Source of the DNA: Moniliella sp. 'wahieum'
Taxonomy: Eukaryota
DNA: 64,000 bases
Direction of reading: 5' to 3'
NCBI GenBank assembly: GCA_003971905.1
Contig: RSEE01000103.1
Location: forward strand, 62,001 to 126,000
Both the position numbers and the translations under genes were made by a program. The notes beneath the pieces are model-generated. The model searched no databases. It was not told the origin of the DNA and saw only the letters and a list, made by a program, of their open reading frames with translations. Shown here one piece after another: positions 25,803 through 39,111 of this stretch (its first letter is position 1; each line of letters begins with the position of its first letter).

Positions 25803-26324
25803 ATGCATCATGATTCAATGCGAACCGCCTTGGCGCCTGGACGTTGGTGCCTGGACGACCCTGCCGCGCCCACCATCGTTCTTTGACCTGGTCTCTTTAC
25901 TTTTGTCTTTTTCTTTGCTCATCCAACTGTCCGTCCTGTATCCATCTACCCCCAGCCCCCAACCCCCAACCCCCCAAAAGATGCACTGAGCATGTCCATC
26001 TGTATACTACCTACTACCTCCACCTCCGCGACCCCTGTCCACAGTCGCGTCCAGTCCAGTCGGGCGGGACCGCAACCGCATGGCAACCACAACGGCAACG
26101 GCAACCGCAACCATGCACGTTGTATCTGCCTACCTCGACGGGGTTGTGGTCGTAGAATGAACAGTCATTGGCGCCCATGCGAGCGTTATTGGACTTTTTG
26201 GGCGGGGTGATGAGGTGCGACAAAAGATGGGTAGTACGGCGCCAAAGCCCCCCCGCCGAGGGGGCAAGCTAGAAAGCAGCGATCTCCAATGTAGAAAGCA
26301 AGATCGCATGGTACGTGTCACATG

Positions 26325-29300
26325 TCACGGTCGTGCCTGGGTGCCCCCGCACCTACTGAGGCCATGGGTCTTACTTTTCCTTGGCTCCTGAGCGCGGGAC
26401 CGGCGCGCGCGGCCGCGGCGGCGGGCGGCGCGAGTAGCCTTCGTACGTGTACGTCGGGTAGAATTGTCCGGCCGAGGGGGAAGTGTAAGGCCAAGCCTGG
26501 GCCATGGGCGAGGGGGAGACAGAGACGCCCTGCCCAATGGTAGGGAGGGAAGTGACAGCTGGTTGCATCGGAGGCAAGGATGGCACAGCTTGTAACCCCT
26601 GTGGCAAGGTGGAAGCATGCTGCATCCCCTGCATCCCTGCATCCCTTGCATTCCTTGCATCCCGCGGGGAAGGGGAGGACCGCGTTGCAGTCCAGGCGAA
26701 CGGAACCCTTGTTGGACAAATGGCTGAGCAGGCGAAGCGACCGGGTACGAGTACGTCATGCCCATCCCCATCCCACCCGCGGGGGAAGCAGTAGCAACTG
26801 GGGCCACAGCCGACACAGACACAGATACAGCAGGGTACCCTTCCCTCTTTCCGTACGACGGCACCATGTATCCCGGATTGAGCATGCCCTGGTAGAACGG
26901 AGGGTAATCCCAGCCCATTTCCGACCCAACTCCCATAGCAGCATGAGGATGAGGATGAGTATGCGAATGGGCATGGGGATGGGGATGGGATGGGTTAGGG
27001 TATGGGTCGGAGGGGCCGAGTTCGAGTTCGAGCTCGAGTTCAGGTTCGAGTTCGAGTTCGAGTTGGTCCCGACTCGCGGCGCGACTTGTCCCGCAGAGCA
27101 CTTAGGCGCGCAGGTGGCATCTCAGTTTGCACGCTGGAATTCTCGTTGATCCTGCCCTTGCTGGGGTCCTCCTGCGCCGCTCAACTTTCTCGGGCAGAGC
27201 CTTACTCTGTGCCCAGACCTTGCTTGATCACCGAGGGCAGTTCCGCCGAGTCGGTGGGCGAATTCCCACGGGATCAACAAGAGGAAAAGATCCCCAAGGA
27301 TTGTCCATGTGCTTCGTCAGGGATTCCTACACAAGATTTGTTGTTAGCGCTCGACCAACAGTGTTACCAAGACACACGCAAAGATGACGACGTACGGTTC
27401 CGGAATTGGTCCCCCCCGAGTGAGAGGTAGTAGGGAGAGGTAAGAGACTGTCTCCTGGTTTTAACGGGTGCGGAGCAGGGGGAAGCGCATGGCGCTGAGA
27501 ACCATCCCAGCGCTGAGGAGTCGGGGCACATGTGACGGCGACGCAGTATGCTCAGTCGACTGAGACGATTCCCCAGGTCAGTAAGAGGCGTAACCCTTCG
27601 CCAGGAAAGTGAGTCGACTCCAGTTCCCGACGACGACGTCGACTCTCCACCTGAAGTTGCCGGGGCCGTCGACGCGGTTACCGAGTGAGCTGGGGACCAT
27701 CGCCGTCAGGCGTCTCCGCTTCGGATGCGTGAACGATGAGCACAGGTTCCTTCCCCGGAAGAGTGATGCGGGCGGAGGCGTCACCCTCACGGACAGCAAC
27801 ATCAACCCACTCCTGGTCGGGAGGGGCACTAGCCACATCCAGCTGCCCTAGGAGGACAGCGCCCATTTCCGGCTCAGGAGGGTGAAGCAGCGGTGCACTT
27901 CCCCTCTCTAGACGGCGGCGGGGAGTTTGACAATCTTCAGGCCCCGGGAGTGGGGGACAAGATTTTCCCTGCCCTGCATAGGCCACAGGCCATACCATTG
28001 TGCTTGTCCGCTTGGGGATCGTTTGGGAACTGACTCGCTTGGGACGGTGGTTTAGCTTCGATGCCACTTGTTCCTCATCCTGGCAACTTGGGCGGGAGTA
28101 AGGGACCGTGCGGGCGACGAGGGGAGACGGACAGTAAAGCGGTTCCAGACGGGTTTCCCATCCATCGGTACTTCAAGGGCGGTGACGAATGCCCAGATCG
28201 GACGGGGCGGGATGAACATGCGTGTGGGTTTGAAGTGGCATCGCGGAGTGGGTGCGCTCATTGCCGCAGCGCGTGTGTTGCAGGTTCGGGAAACAACAGA
28301 CGTTCGCCGCGAGGGTAGAGAGACCGTAGGCTGAATACCACGGCTCTGTTGCACGAGAAGGAAGCGGGGGCAAGCGGTTGTTCCTTAGGATGCACTTGGG
28401 GGCGCTGCAACACCGTGTAGCGCAGTGTCCTCTCCGGGGCAGGCTGCGCCCTTCGCGCAATCTCAAGCTCCTTCCGGAGCCGATCCCGCTCGGCGCGTAG
28501 TAGGGCGAGCTGAACGGACTGGTCCTCTTCCTCCGCGGGGCAACCTCCGCACGTACCGCCGTCTCAATCTCAGCTTTAAGCCTGTCCAGATCTGGACCAC
28601 GTCTTCTCCGCCGCCATCATCGTCTCCCGTAGCCACCGGGCCTCGGGGTTGGATCGGTTTCGAAGGGAGGATGCCTTTTCACGGAGCTCTCGCGCCAACC
28701 GCTCAGCGCGCTCAGCACGGGGAGCTGGGGCCGCCTTCGTTTCCCTCACCTCCTTCGCGGAGCCTCCGCTTCCCTCTCCTCTTTCGCACGAGCTTCCGCT
28801 TCCTTGGCCTCTTTCGCACGAACTTCCGCTTCCTTCGCCTCTTTCGCCCTCACCTCCGCTTCCTTGGCCTCCTTCGCCCTCGCCTCCGCTTGCGCTTGCC
28901 TCTCCTCCTTCGCCCTTGCCTCCGCTTCCTTTTCTCTGCGCTCAGCTGCAAGTTTCTCGCCCAACGCTACAGCGCGTGCACGAGCTCGGCCGCCTCCAGC
29001 TCCCGCCTCTTCTCCTCCTCTGCTCGCCGTTGACGCGCGCGCTCAATCGGGGTCAACGTGCTGGCACTGGTACGGTCTGCTTCCACTTGCGCGGAAGCAG
29101 CGACAGCGGTGCGCACAGTTGGTTCGCCGGATGCAGCAGGTGCAGGTGCAGGCGCAGGTGCAGGAGTCGGAGCAGGAACAGGAGCGGAACTTGCGATTGC
29201 AAGGGCTGGAGCGGGAGCGGGAGCCGGGGCGGGAACGGGTGGGGGTGGTGGGGAGACGGGGCTGAACCGGACGTGGAGACGGTACCCAAAGCGGAATTGG

Positions 29301-30843
29301 TTGGCTTCGCTGGCGGGCTGAGTTTGGGTTCGAGTTTGGCTTCGAGTCCCGTCTGGGAAGGGGAGGCAGAAGTGGAAGTAGAGGCAGAGGCAGAGGCAGA
29401 GTGCCTGCCGTGCGGAGAGGGCGTAAGAGAGGGACATCTTGCCGCCCTTGGAGACTGCGTTTGACGCGCCCCAGGGCGGCGGCCTAGCTTCCACGGGGGG
29501 CTGGATGCGCGTGGAAGGTGCAGGGAGAGACGAAGGTGCAGTTGCAGTTGCAGTTGCTGTTACAGTCGCCGGGGTTGGCGCTTCCTTTGCGACGGGAGCT
29601 AGGGGCAGGGCCGGGGCGGAAACCGGAACCGGAGCCGGAACCGGAACTGGAGCCGGGGCAGGTTTGGCATCTCCATTGGGCGCAGGTTTGCCCACCTTGT
29701 GTTCGACTGGTCCTTGTGGTTTGGCGAGTGATGCGTGCCGTTGGGCCAACGGTCCCCAACCCCTCACAGCCGTCTGGATCTTTTCCTGGACCACAGGATC
29801 CAGGGGGGGAGGGTGGTGGTGGTGGTGGTCCATCGGAGTGTGGCTCTGGCCCGGGAACCGAGGCAGAGGCTCATCGTCAAAGTCCGTCACGCTTTTCTGG
29901 CCCACACGGAGGTTGGGACGGTGCTTGAGGTCGGGATGGTGGGGGTGAGGATGAGGGTGAGCAGTATGCGTCGGCGGCGGGGGCTGAGTGTGAGGCAGAG
30001 GGGGAAGAGGGGAGGAGGAGGAGGAGGAGGTTGAGGATGGTACATTGTGTATGTGATGCCATCCGTAAATTGCATCTCGCCTAGTATGTCATCGTCGTCC
30101 AGCTCGTCCCAGGCGGGGCCTAAGGGTTCAGGCGCAAGATGGCGGACGGGATGGGAGCCTAATGCGCTCTGGCTGCGTGAGGGAGACTTGTTCTGCCCAT
30201 GAGGGTGGGAGGGATGGGTATGGGGATGAGGCTGGACCTGAGCTTGGGCTTGGGCTTGAGCCTGAGCCTGCACTTGCCCGCGCTTCCGCGGCGGTGGGGA
30301 AAGCCGAGGGGGCAAAGGCGGGTGCGGAGCGCGGCAGAGGCCCCGGGGCGAGGCGAGTAGGACCGTTGCCAGCTGAAGCATCAGTAGAAGAAGCGGTGGT
30401 AGCAGCTGACTTGGTCCAGGGCGCCGGCTTGCCGGACCTGAGGACGCAGCGGCCGAGCCAAGCGAGGGAGACGCCTGGCCCGACAGGCCACGGGGCGACG
30501 CAGCGCCCAGCGCGGGACGGGCTTGGTGGAGGTGGCGAGGCGCGGGCGGGTGGTGGTGGTGCCAAGGCGTGCCGGCGGGTGCAGGGCGGAGGGCGCGGCG
30601 GGCGGGCTGCGTGCGAGCGGAGGCGAGGGCACGGGGGGGCGAGCGGGGGCGAGGCATGGTCGGCTGAGGCGGCCTTTTGGCGGAACTGGCGCGTGATGCT
30701 GGCGGAGCTGAAGAGGCGTGGCTTGGCCGCGGGGCGGGGGCGGTCGCGGGGGCGTTCGCGGGGGCGGGGGCGGGGGGCATTCGCGGTGGCGGGGGGGGGT
30801 GGCTGTCGGTGCTGCCGCTGAGAAGCTCGGAGCGCTCGGCCAT
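26325..30843 (-). CDS. Large low-complexity fungal PRRC2/BAT2-like protein
   Basis: WDELDDDDILGEMQFTDGITY motif, coiled coil ERARQRRAEEEKRRELE..KLAAERREKEAEARAKE, PVWNRFTVRLP and a Tyr/Gly/Met-rich C-terminus. Many indels; ends approximate. Confidence 0.55.
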
Positions 30844-31072
30844 CAAAGGCGGTGGGGATGCGGACCAGCTAGGAGGCGCCGGGCGGAGGCGAAGCTTGGG
30901 CGTCTCTGCGCCTCGCCCCGCCCCATTCCGCCCCGTTCCGCCTGCTGCGCTGGGATGCATGATGCATGATGCCTCACCTGTGGCCTAGGACCCCCTGGAC
31001 GCACCAGCCACCCTGGCCGATGGGAACAGCCGGTGCCACCACCACCACCACCAACCACCACTTTTCCCCGCC

Positions 31073-32178
31073 ATGGCTGCGCCACAGGTCCTGCTCCATG
31101 CGCTGCCCGTGCTCCAGATCGGCGAGCACGCCACCCGCGTCGCTGCCGCTGCCCAGAGTGCCCCAGCCCGCCCCGCCAGTCGTCGGCGCCCTCTTGGGCA
31201 CCACCCCGAGCGACGTGCACATCGAGGTGCACATGGCTCTGGAACTGGCCCTGTCCAAGGCCAACTGCCCGTCGGTCTGCTCACCGACCGCCTGACTCAG
31301 GCCCAAGCTGTCTACCCAGCCCTGAAGCAGGTGGGCTGGTATGCCTCGGTGGGAAGCACCAGCACGCCCGGCAAGCACAAGCACAAGCACAAGCACAAGC
31401 CCAAGCGCGGAAGAGCAAGCGCTCCTGGTCGGTGGGGAGGAAGGTATCTTGGTCCGTTTTGGTGTCGAGCCCAGTGGGAGCCAAGACTTGCCATTGGACG
31501 TGTATGCGCTGCCTTCGCTTGTGCGCTTACCCAAGGAGAACGTGGCGATTGTAGCTGCTGGCGCCGAACGAATTGCAGTTGATGGAGCGGCCCACGCTCG
31601 GCCCCCACCGCCACCCACAGTTCCCGGTGAGTTGCCCCAGATCGAATCTGACGCACCGGATGACCACCTCCTGGCCCGGTTGGATGCCTCTCACACGGCT
31701 CTGGACCAACTGGGACAACGCGTCGAGGCCTTGGCGGGGTACGTTGCGCGTCTTGCTCTCTCCTGTCCCTCAGCCTCAGCCTCTCCCTCCCTGGCGCCAG
31801 CACCTCGGACGCACCGCAGCCCCTGGCACAAGTGTACCCCGACCTACCCCACCACCTCCTTCGTTCCCTCGCCACTGTTGCCGCCGCGCTCCCGGATCCT
31901 GTTCCGGACGAGGAGATGCGTTCGCCCTCCCCCTCGGCGCGGAGGCGGCCCCAGACCAGCCCCAAGACTGGCTCGCACCAGCAGCGTTGCAATCCGAGTT
32001 GCAAGCGGAAGAGGCGGATGTGCTACTAGCCACCCAGCTGGCTCAGCTCACCCAAGGTTGGGCCGAACTCAACGAATTGGTGGGCAAGTTTGAGTTTGCT
32101 CGCCAAACTGAACCTGCGGCGTTGCAGCATGCCCCCCCCGACCCCCCTTCCCACCTCTCCCAGTCGGCACTGGCGTAG
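31073..32178 (+). CDS. CSN6: COP9 signalosome subunit 6 (MPN- domain)
   Basis: QVLLHALPVLQIGEHATR..VVGALLGT..IEVHMALEL..RLTQAQAVYPALKQVGWY; ERIAVDGAA; EEADVLLATQLAQLTQG. Confidence 0.85.
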
Positions 32179-32359
32179 ATCCAGGCTAGCAATAGCATGG
32201 TGGGTGGTTGTCAGTCTCGTGTCGTATCTCGTGTCCCTTGTACTTCTGTCTCTGTCTCTGGCTCTGGCCTCGGGTCTCTGGCCCGGGTCTCTGGTCTTGG
32301 TCTCTGTCTTCTACTAGACCCCGGGACATGGATAGATTCCAATGCTCATAGATCAGGCC

Positions 32360-33967
32360 TGATCGATCAGGTTAGAGCTTGGTCTGCGTCTCGAGTGCCA
32401 TGCGTAGCGGCTCGAGCACACGCGCCACACGTCAGCCCTTGCGTGCGCAGCAAACTCAGTGAACCACGTCATGTCCGGTACGACTGAGCCCAGCGCCTCG
32501 ACCACCAGAGCGAAGGTAAATCCACCAATTTAATCCGCACACTGCGCGGAGCCAACGCCAGGTGCACCCGCCCACACCCATCGAGGTCAACTTGCACCCG
32601 ACACCAAGTGGAAGAGAGGCATGGTATCGTATGTACGCTTCAATCGCAGGTAGAAACGCTACCTCTCCTCTACCCCTACCTCTATCCCATTGGGCGGCGG
32701 AAGCAGCGCGTCCGCCACCACCCAGGGCACAATCAGGCTGATGCTGGAAGGGGGGCTAGGGGAGGCGTAGAGGAAGGGAGAGCGTACGTGAGGCTCAGGG
32801 TCCTGGGTCGAGGGGAAGAGCGTGTCGAGGTGAGAGGAGAGGGTGTGGGATTCAGTTCTTGTTAGTGAGACGGCGCGTTCGGTTAATTGAGCCAACAAGT
32901 CAACAGACGAAGATAGCCGCCACCGGCGGAGGGGGAAACGGCAGTATCAAACTTGGCGGCCAACCAGGCGATCGTTTGGTCCACAGTTGCCTTGCCCACC
33001 GCCCCAGCGGCGGCAGGAGAGCTCGTCAAGAGTACAGGGTAAAGAAGGTGCGGGAACCGACGTGCGCCCGCTCGGAACCCTGTGACGACGGGAGGAAAAT
33101 CAAGTGACACAATAACGGAATACCGCCTTCAACGGGCGGAGTCAGTTCAATCTCCATTGCCCACGCTTGAGACGGGAGCAGAACCAGGGGTACTGAGCCC
33201 CAGAGCGCCTACCCAAGCCATTCTGACAGAGGAAACGACCGCATTGGGATTCGGTGGCACCATGCGGCGTTTTTGCTGCTGCGCTGAGGCGAGGCCCTAG
33301 GAGAAGGTGCGCGTTCACGGTCACGTTCGCCTTCGCCTTCGCCTTCACGTTCGCCCTCCGTGTCCCCCACTGCTCCCACTTGTTCTCAGCCCATCCGCAT
33401 CGGCCAGGCGGAGGTGAGGTACTGCTCCACTTCGGTTGCGAGGGTGGCAAACGCATGGCCACCCAACGTCTCGTCCCCCCCCTGAGCGGGAGGCGGGTGG
33501 AGCGGAGCGACACTATACACGTGCATTGTGCGATTGAAAAAGAGTCCTAGTTCCCGGCACCCCCAGGGTTGGGTCAGTATCGCTCCACATACGAACGCAC
33601 GAGCGCACGAGTGCACGCCCGACCCAATTTCTGGAAAAGACATACGGCGAATCGAGTACCACGATTCTGCCTTTGGTCCGCAGGAGTCGGGTCGGCCTGG
33701 ACAGTGCGCAAGAGATGGCGTTGAGCTTGTCGCTCGGCGCGCTCCTTGGCTGCGTCCGAAGGCTCGACGGGAGCTCCGACTGCGGCTGAGGCTGCTCGGT
33801 CTCGGGCTGGACGGGCGCCGAGATGGGCACGGGAGGAGGAGGGTGGCGGCGATCTTCGTAGGGCACAGCAGAGTCGAGCTTCTGCACTTGCTCTGCCCCC
33901 GCTTCCTCCTTCCTTCCTCTTCCTCTCCTCGTCCTCGCCCGCGACGAGGACTGGCGCGTGTGGACAT
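32360..33967 (-). CDS. Probable kinetochore CENP-L/Fta1 (CCAN) homologue
   Basis: After intron ~33547-33645: LFFNRTMHVYSVAPLH, resembling the CENP-L 'W/Y.LY.L.PL' motif. Also LYPVLLTSSP..VDQTIAWLAAKFDTAVSP (Fta1 'LPLLL..L...FD..VSP'), SSISLIVP and VRIKL. 3' end approximate. Confidence 0.55.
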
Positions 33968-35489
33968 GGTGGGTTGGTTGAGCTGGCAAGGCGCGAGGCG
34001 GCCAACGCGTGCCGCCCAATGCGCATGGCCGCCGGCAATTTCACACCGCAAGCTCCAAGCTCCACCGACGCGTCGCGTCCGTTTCAAAGTTTTCTATCTG
34101 TAGGAGGATCGCTAGGTAACAGAGTGTAGCGCGTTGAAATGTTTTCACCTTTGGACTAGAAGGATGGCATTGTGCATCACGCATCGTGTATCATGCATCG
34201 TGCATCGTGTCCCACCAGTCACTGTGATCTGATAGCATCACACACCACATCACATGTGCATGTGACAGCAGCGGAGTCGGTGGATGTTCGGCATGCGGAT
34301 GCGAATTGGACCCAGCGCCCACCAGCCAACCCAGCAGCACCTTCTTCTTGTCGCCCTGCTCCCACGTCCCCATTTTCCCCTCGACTACCACTCAGTCTGA
34401 GTTGAGTACTCACCGTACTCACTACACCTCAGTGCTCAGTCTGAGTACCCGCCGCATGATGAATACACTCCCAGTCCAAAACGACGACGGCCAAATGCGT
34501 TGAGAGGTGGTTCGGAATGGTGCGGGTCCATCGGTATCTTCTCTTCTGTATCATCGATCATCAGGGTCGTCACCGTTCATCACGGGTCACTGGTCACCGC
34601 TCGCCGTCCTAAACGTCTAAACGTCTAAACCCTCATCCACGTCTTTTCCTTTGTTGGCCTTCTAAGAGAAGGCTTGTTCTCACACGCTCGATCCATTGGG
34701 CCGCGTGCGGCATTTAATTTGGTGCCGTTGGATTAATGGTTCCATGCCAAACGCCAAAGGTTGGTTGCTGGTGGTACCTTCCAGCCAAAACAGAGCGGTG
34801 GATGTGGTCCTACTAATCTGGTAGCAAAGTAGCCAACATTATAAAACGTTTGTTAACGGTTAACGTTTCCATTCATCGGTATATTCATCCCGTTTCTCAG
34901 CATCCTCGCATCGCAGCCTCTCTTAGTCCCAGTCGAGTTTGCCACGGTGTGAAGCACTGAGTACTGAACGGGCTTCCCTAAGCGCTAAGCGCCCTAAGGA
35001 CTAAGCTGAACCACTGGCAACTGCTGGCACGCTACGAACAAGTGGCAGGTCGGGAAAACGGCCACTAGAAGCTGTCACAGTCAGGGCTAAGGCAAAGGAG
35101 ATCAGATTCGGGAGTAGGCCAAGGGGCGTAGCAATCGTTCGTCGGGAAGAAGTAAGAGCAGAGGACATGGTGTAAAGTGGAAGAAACAGGGAAGAAGCGA
35201 GACGCTCGAGACGAAGAAATTGGAAATGGGAGCGAAACTATGGCAGCATCTAAGATCTGATCTCAGATCTGGCGTTAAACGTTGAACCTGTTGAACGTTT
35301 TGAGAACGTAAAACGGTGTGCAAGAAGAGGGGGAGAGAGTGGCGGGGAAGAAGAGAGTCGGACGGGGAAAGAAGATCCGTCTGGGGGTGTGGGGATAGTT
35401 CAAAAACGGAAAAAAGGGACAAAAAGGGGAACCCTGGAAAACGGAACAGAACGCCCGCGATGTGTTCTTTTGCACACTCAGTACTCAGT

Positions 35490-36679
35490 TATTGGTGCAC
35501 CATATACTTTCGTGCAAGACGTGCGAGATCTGCGAGTGGGCAAGAGCCTGTATGTACGTGGGACGCCATGTCCAGTTTGCGCTCCAAAGGGGCCCAAGGA
35601 ATGTTTGGAGTAGTTTCAAGAAGGGTAAAGGTGCCAGTGTTTCTAGTGGAGAGTATAGCTGTCCCACGATGTGTGCAAAAGGTATAAGCACATTTTCTCA
35701 ACTCACCCACAAAAAAAGCAAATATAGCCCGTGCCGCGGCCAACGAGGTCAACGACTATCTTATTACCACTTATGTTGACCGTTCGGGACCGCAAACGGC
35801 AAGGGCCAACGCATTTACGAAGCAACGCCAGCGCTGCCGCGAGATGTGGGAGCAAAGTCGACAGGAGCTGCTCCAGAAGCTGGACGCTGCCGATGGTCGC
35901 CATGTGGTTGAGACACAACCCCTGAGCCACAACTGGCTCTCCGCCATTCCATCCGTCCCGTACCTCAAGCTCTCTGACCAGCAGGTCCAGGTTGGTCTCC
36001 AGCTCCGCACGCTGTGCCGCCACCACGCGCAGCATGTGCAAGTGCGGCGTCATGTCCTCGCTGGAACATCAGTCCTGCACCCGCACCAGGCCAAGTTTGG
36101 TGCGTTGCATGAGGCAGTGCGGGAGCCCATTCTCCAGCTCCTACGCTCCATCCCCGACACCCACGTCCACAACGAACCTATGGTGGAGGAAGAGGATGGG
36201 ACGAGGCGCGGACGGAAGGCACAGCGCACCGATTACCGCGTGATGGGGCCCGGAGCACTGGGGAGGGCGACACGGGATCGCAGGAGGCCGCAGAGCGCGT
36301 ACCGGCGGGGTGCATGAGAGCACTGCGTCGCCTTTGGAACGCCGGGAGAAGGAACTGCTTCGGCTGCTTGAACAAGCAGAATGCGACAAGAACGCCAAGT
36401 ACCAGGGACGCACTCAAGAACCGTTTTTCCCCCTGGTTTTGACGACGCGAGGATACTATGGCACCAAGACGGCGGGCAAGTTGTTTTGCGCATTGGAAGG
36501 AGTTGGCTACTAAGTCTCAGTGGAAATGGTTCCTCGCTCGGATGTCAACCACGTTCCTCCGTGTCCACACGCGCTTCCTAGGGTACGGACCGGATGGCGA
36601 GAGCCGGAGGGTCCTGATATCTGGCAATCCCCCTGGTTCCTTGACCTTAGTGGGCTTCCAAACAACCCCCGCAAGATGA
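35490..36679 (+). mobile_element. 5'-truncated CRE-clade (Cnl1/MoTeR-like) non-LTR retrotransposon: post-RT region, zinc knuckle and restriction-like endonuclease
   Basis: IARAAA..KQRQRCREMW; NWLSAIPSVPYLKLSDQQVQVGLQLRTL; CKCG..EHQSC; HEAVRE; NEP; QRTDYRV; DKNAKY..FFPLVLTTRGYYG. Lower GC than flanking genes. No RT core (YxDD) seen. Confidence 0.75.
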
Positions 36680-37823
36680 ACGGTTCGGTTTAGACGTAGC
36701 GTTCCCCCTGTCCCAGCCAAGCTCTGTCAATATGGAATGCACATCAGAGAGGCTCTCTCTTTCCAGATCCGGCCCTAACGAGAGGGTGTGTGGGCCTATG
36801 ATTAATGAGAGGGTGTGTGGGGCCACGAGGGCTCAGGAATCGGCTGGCAAGAAGACAGGCCAAGACACGCCAACACGATGCCACCGACTATGCCGTACCA
36901 AGGTGAATTCGACCGGGCACTCGCCTGGACTTGGGGGTGGGGTGTGGGTGTTACCGAGTGCTATCGTACGTACGACCATCCGTGTGATGTGACAAACGAC
37001 AGCGGTGGCCCGGTGGCATGTGTGAGGGGTGCTGGCGTTGGATGATCGAGGGCTGCAGCTGGGCAGTGGATCTGCGGTTGAATCGTGACGCATGATGTGT
37101 GACGCTTGATACTGATATGGACGCTTGAACAGTTGAACATTGGTGCGGGCCGAATGCAGAGCCGAGTGCGCAAGCCCCGCGCACCGGCGGGCCACGGGGC
37201 GAGTATGCGTCGCTGCCTGGCGCGGGACGAGTGGGCGGGGGACGATGGCATTGTGAAAGTCAGCAGGGCCCATGGGCAGGCGAGGGAGCAGGTTACTAGT
37301 TACTAGTTACTGCTGCCCACGGTGGCCACCAGCCACCCCGCCCATTAGCGCGCACCCGCACTAGCCTGCTCTTGCTTAGCAAGCACCCATGCGCTTGCGC
37401 CTCGCCACGGGCCTGGCCACGCACACGCGCATGTGCAAGCGCATGGGCAGCACTCCGTGCTTGAATGCTGCCCGGGTGGTTGTTACTTGCTCCCTCTCTT
37501 CGCTCCCACACCACCGCCGCCCAGCTCTTGCTCCCCGCCCGTCCTCCTCCCCTCCCCCCGCCCCCCCTGCGCCCTTTTGCGCCCCCCCCCCCCCCCCCCC
37601 CCGCCGCACCAGTCCGTTGTGCCTCCCCCTCCCCCTCCCATGCCCATGCCCTAAGGCCTGCCTGCCCTTCTCCGTCCCGTCGCATCTGCATCCGCATCCC
37701 TTCCGCCTCCTTCGCATCCATCTCCCTCCTCATTCTCTCTTCATCTTGGTCGTCGTTCCCTCTTCTCGTCTTCATCTTCCGTCCCCGCTCTTGTCCTCCA
37801 CCGCATCTGTGCCCATCCGCACC

Positions 37824-38601
37824 ATGGCCCTGCACCCACGAGAGCCTCTTCGCTCCACCGCCCACGCCCATCTCTCCCCCGCCTCCTCCTTCCCTCTCTG
37901 CCACCCTGCGCCCAGCCCAGCCCAGGACACCCACCTCGCTTCTTCCCACCCGCATGGTCCGCACGTACGTACGCCCCAACCGGCTCCTACCTGTCCCTCC
38001 TCCTCGGCTGACTCAATCCATCCCCATCCTACAGCTTCTCCATCCCTGTCGCCACCCACGCCGAGCACACTGAGCAAACCGCTTCCCGCACCTGGGGCCC
38101 CACAGCCACCTTCCACCCCCGCTGTGCCTCGGGCCTGCCAGGCCTAGGCCCAGGCCCGGGCCCCGACGAAACACAGGAAATCCTGCTGGGCATAGGTCTG
38201 GGCCTGGGCAGCAAACCCGTCTGGCCTGCTGGCACAGCACCCTTTTCCCTCCGCTCCCTCCGCCCTCCCCCCTCTCGCTCTTCTCCCTCTCGCTCTGCCA
38301 AGGCTGCCGCCACCGACGACGCCCCTTGCGAAGGACTGGACGATGGGGATAAGGAGAACCGTCAGGTCCCTGCGTGGTGGAACTACGGTCGGACCGAGAC
38401 CGAGACTGGGTCTGGTACTGGGATCGGGACTGGGATCGGGACTGACAGTATGCCAGCCCTGACCTCGGGAAGCTTGACCCCCACAGCGTCCGAGTCCACA
38501 TCCAGCTTGCCACACCTACTTTTCCTACTGCGCCGTTCCCCTTGTTGGGCCACCGGACGTTCCCCAAGGACGTCCCGGAACCCGAGGGGTACTTTGTCTA
38601 G
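37824..38601 (+). CDS. Hypothetical Pro/Ser-rich spliced gene
   Basis: ACCATGG start, clean intron GTACGT..GCTGAC..TACAG (~37965-38034), ends FPKDVPEPEGYFV*. No family recognised. Confidence 0.4.
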
Positions 38602-39053
38602 TCGGTTCCCGTTTCTTCCCTTCCCCCCCCCTCCCCTTCTCCCTCTCCTCCTCCCTCTTTGCATTCCATCTCCCTCGTCCGTGTCGAAGAAAAAGCAACA
38701 AGATAAGCCACTGTTCTCGTATCTGCTCATCATACTCATTTGCCTCTCGCGCCTCGCAAGCGGGGTTGTATAGATAGCGGAGCGATGGTACCAACAAATT
38801 GAGTTGGCTTCGTGGCCTGATGCATGTGACAGCTCCACAAGCAAGGGGGGGCACAGGGGTGGAGAGGTTACCGGTTAGTTTACGTTCCCGACCGCGTGAC
38901 ACGCACGAAGATGCGAAACAGGCTGAGCTGTGAAGAAGGACAGAAAAGGATAGGTTGAATGGCGGGAGGAGGGGCGAGAAGGAGTACCACAGGAGGTCAG
39001 CACGGGAGGGAGCAAGGCAGCACTGCAACGCAGCGCCTTCCAGAGAAGGCGTC

Positions 39054-39111
39054 CGTTCAGCGTTCAGCGCTGAACGTTCAGCGTTCAACTTCATTCAACG
39101 TTCAACGTTCA
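39054..39111. repeat. Heptamer array (TCA-GCGT/GCGC/ACGT), probably intronic
   Basis: cgttcagcgttcagcgctgaacgttcagcgttcaac...ttcaacgttcaacgttcac. Confidence 0.8.

Noticed and set aside
34975..35005. CCCTAA-like words as a telomeric target for the CRE element
   Set aside because: These are isolated nnCTAAG words, not a tandem (CCCTAA)n tract, and they lie ~500 bp from the fragment.
35041..35066. AGTGGC-AGGTCGGGAAAACG-GCCACT hairpin resembling SRP RNA helix 8
   Set aside because: It lacks the AGCAG side of the conserved loop and any surrounding SRP fold.
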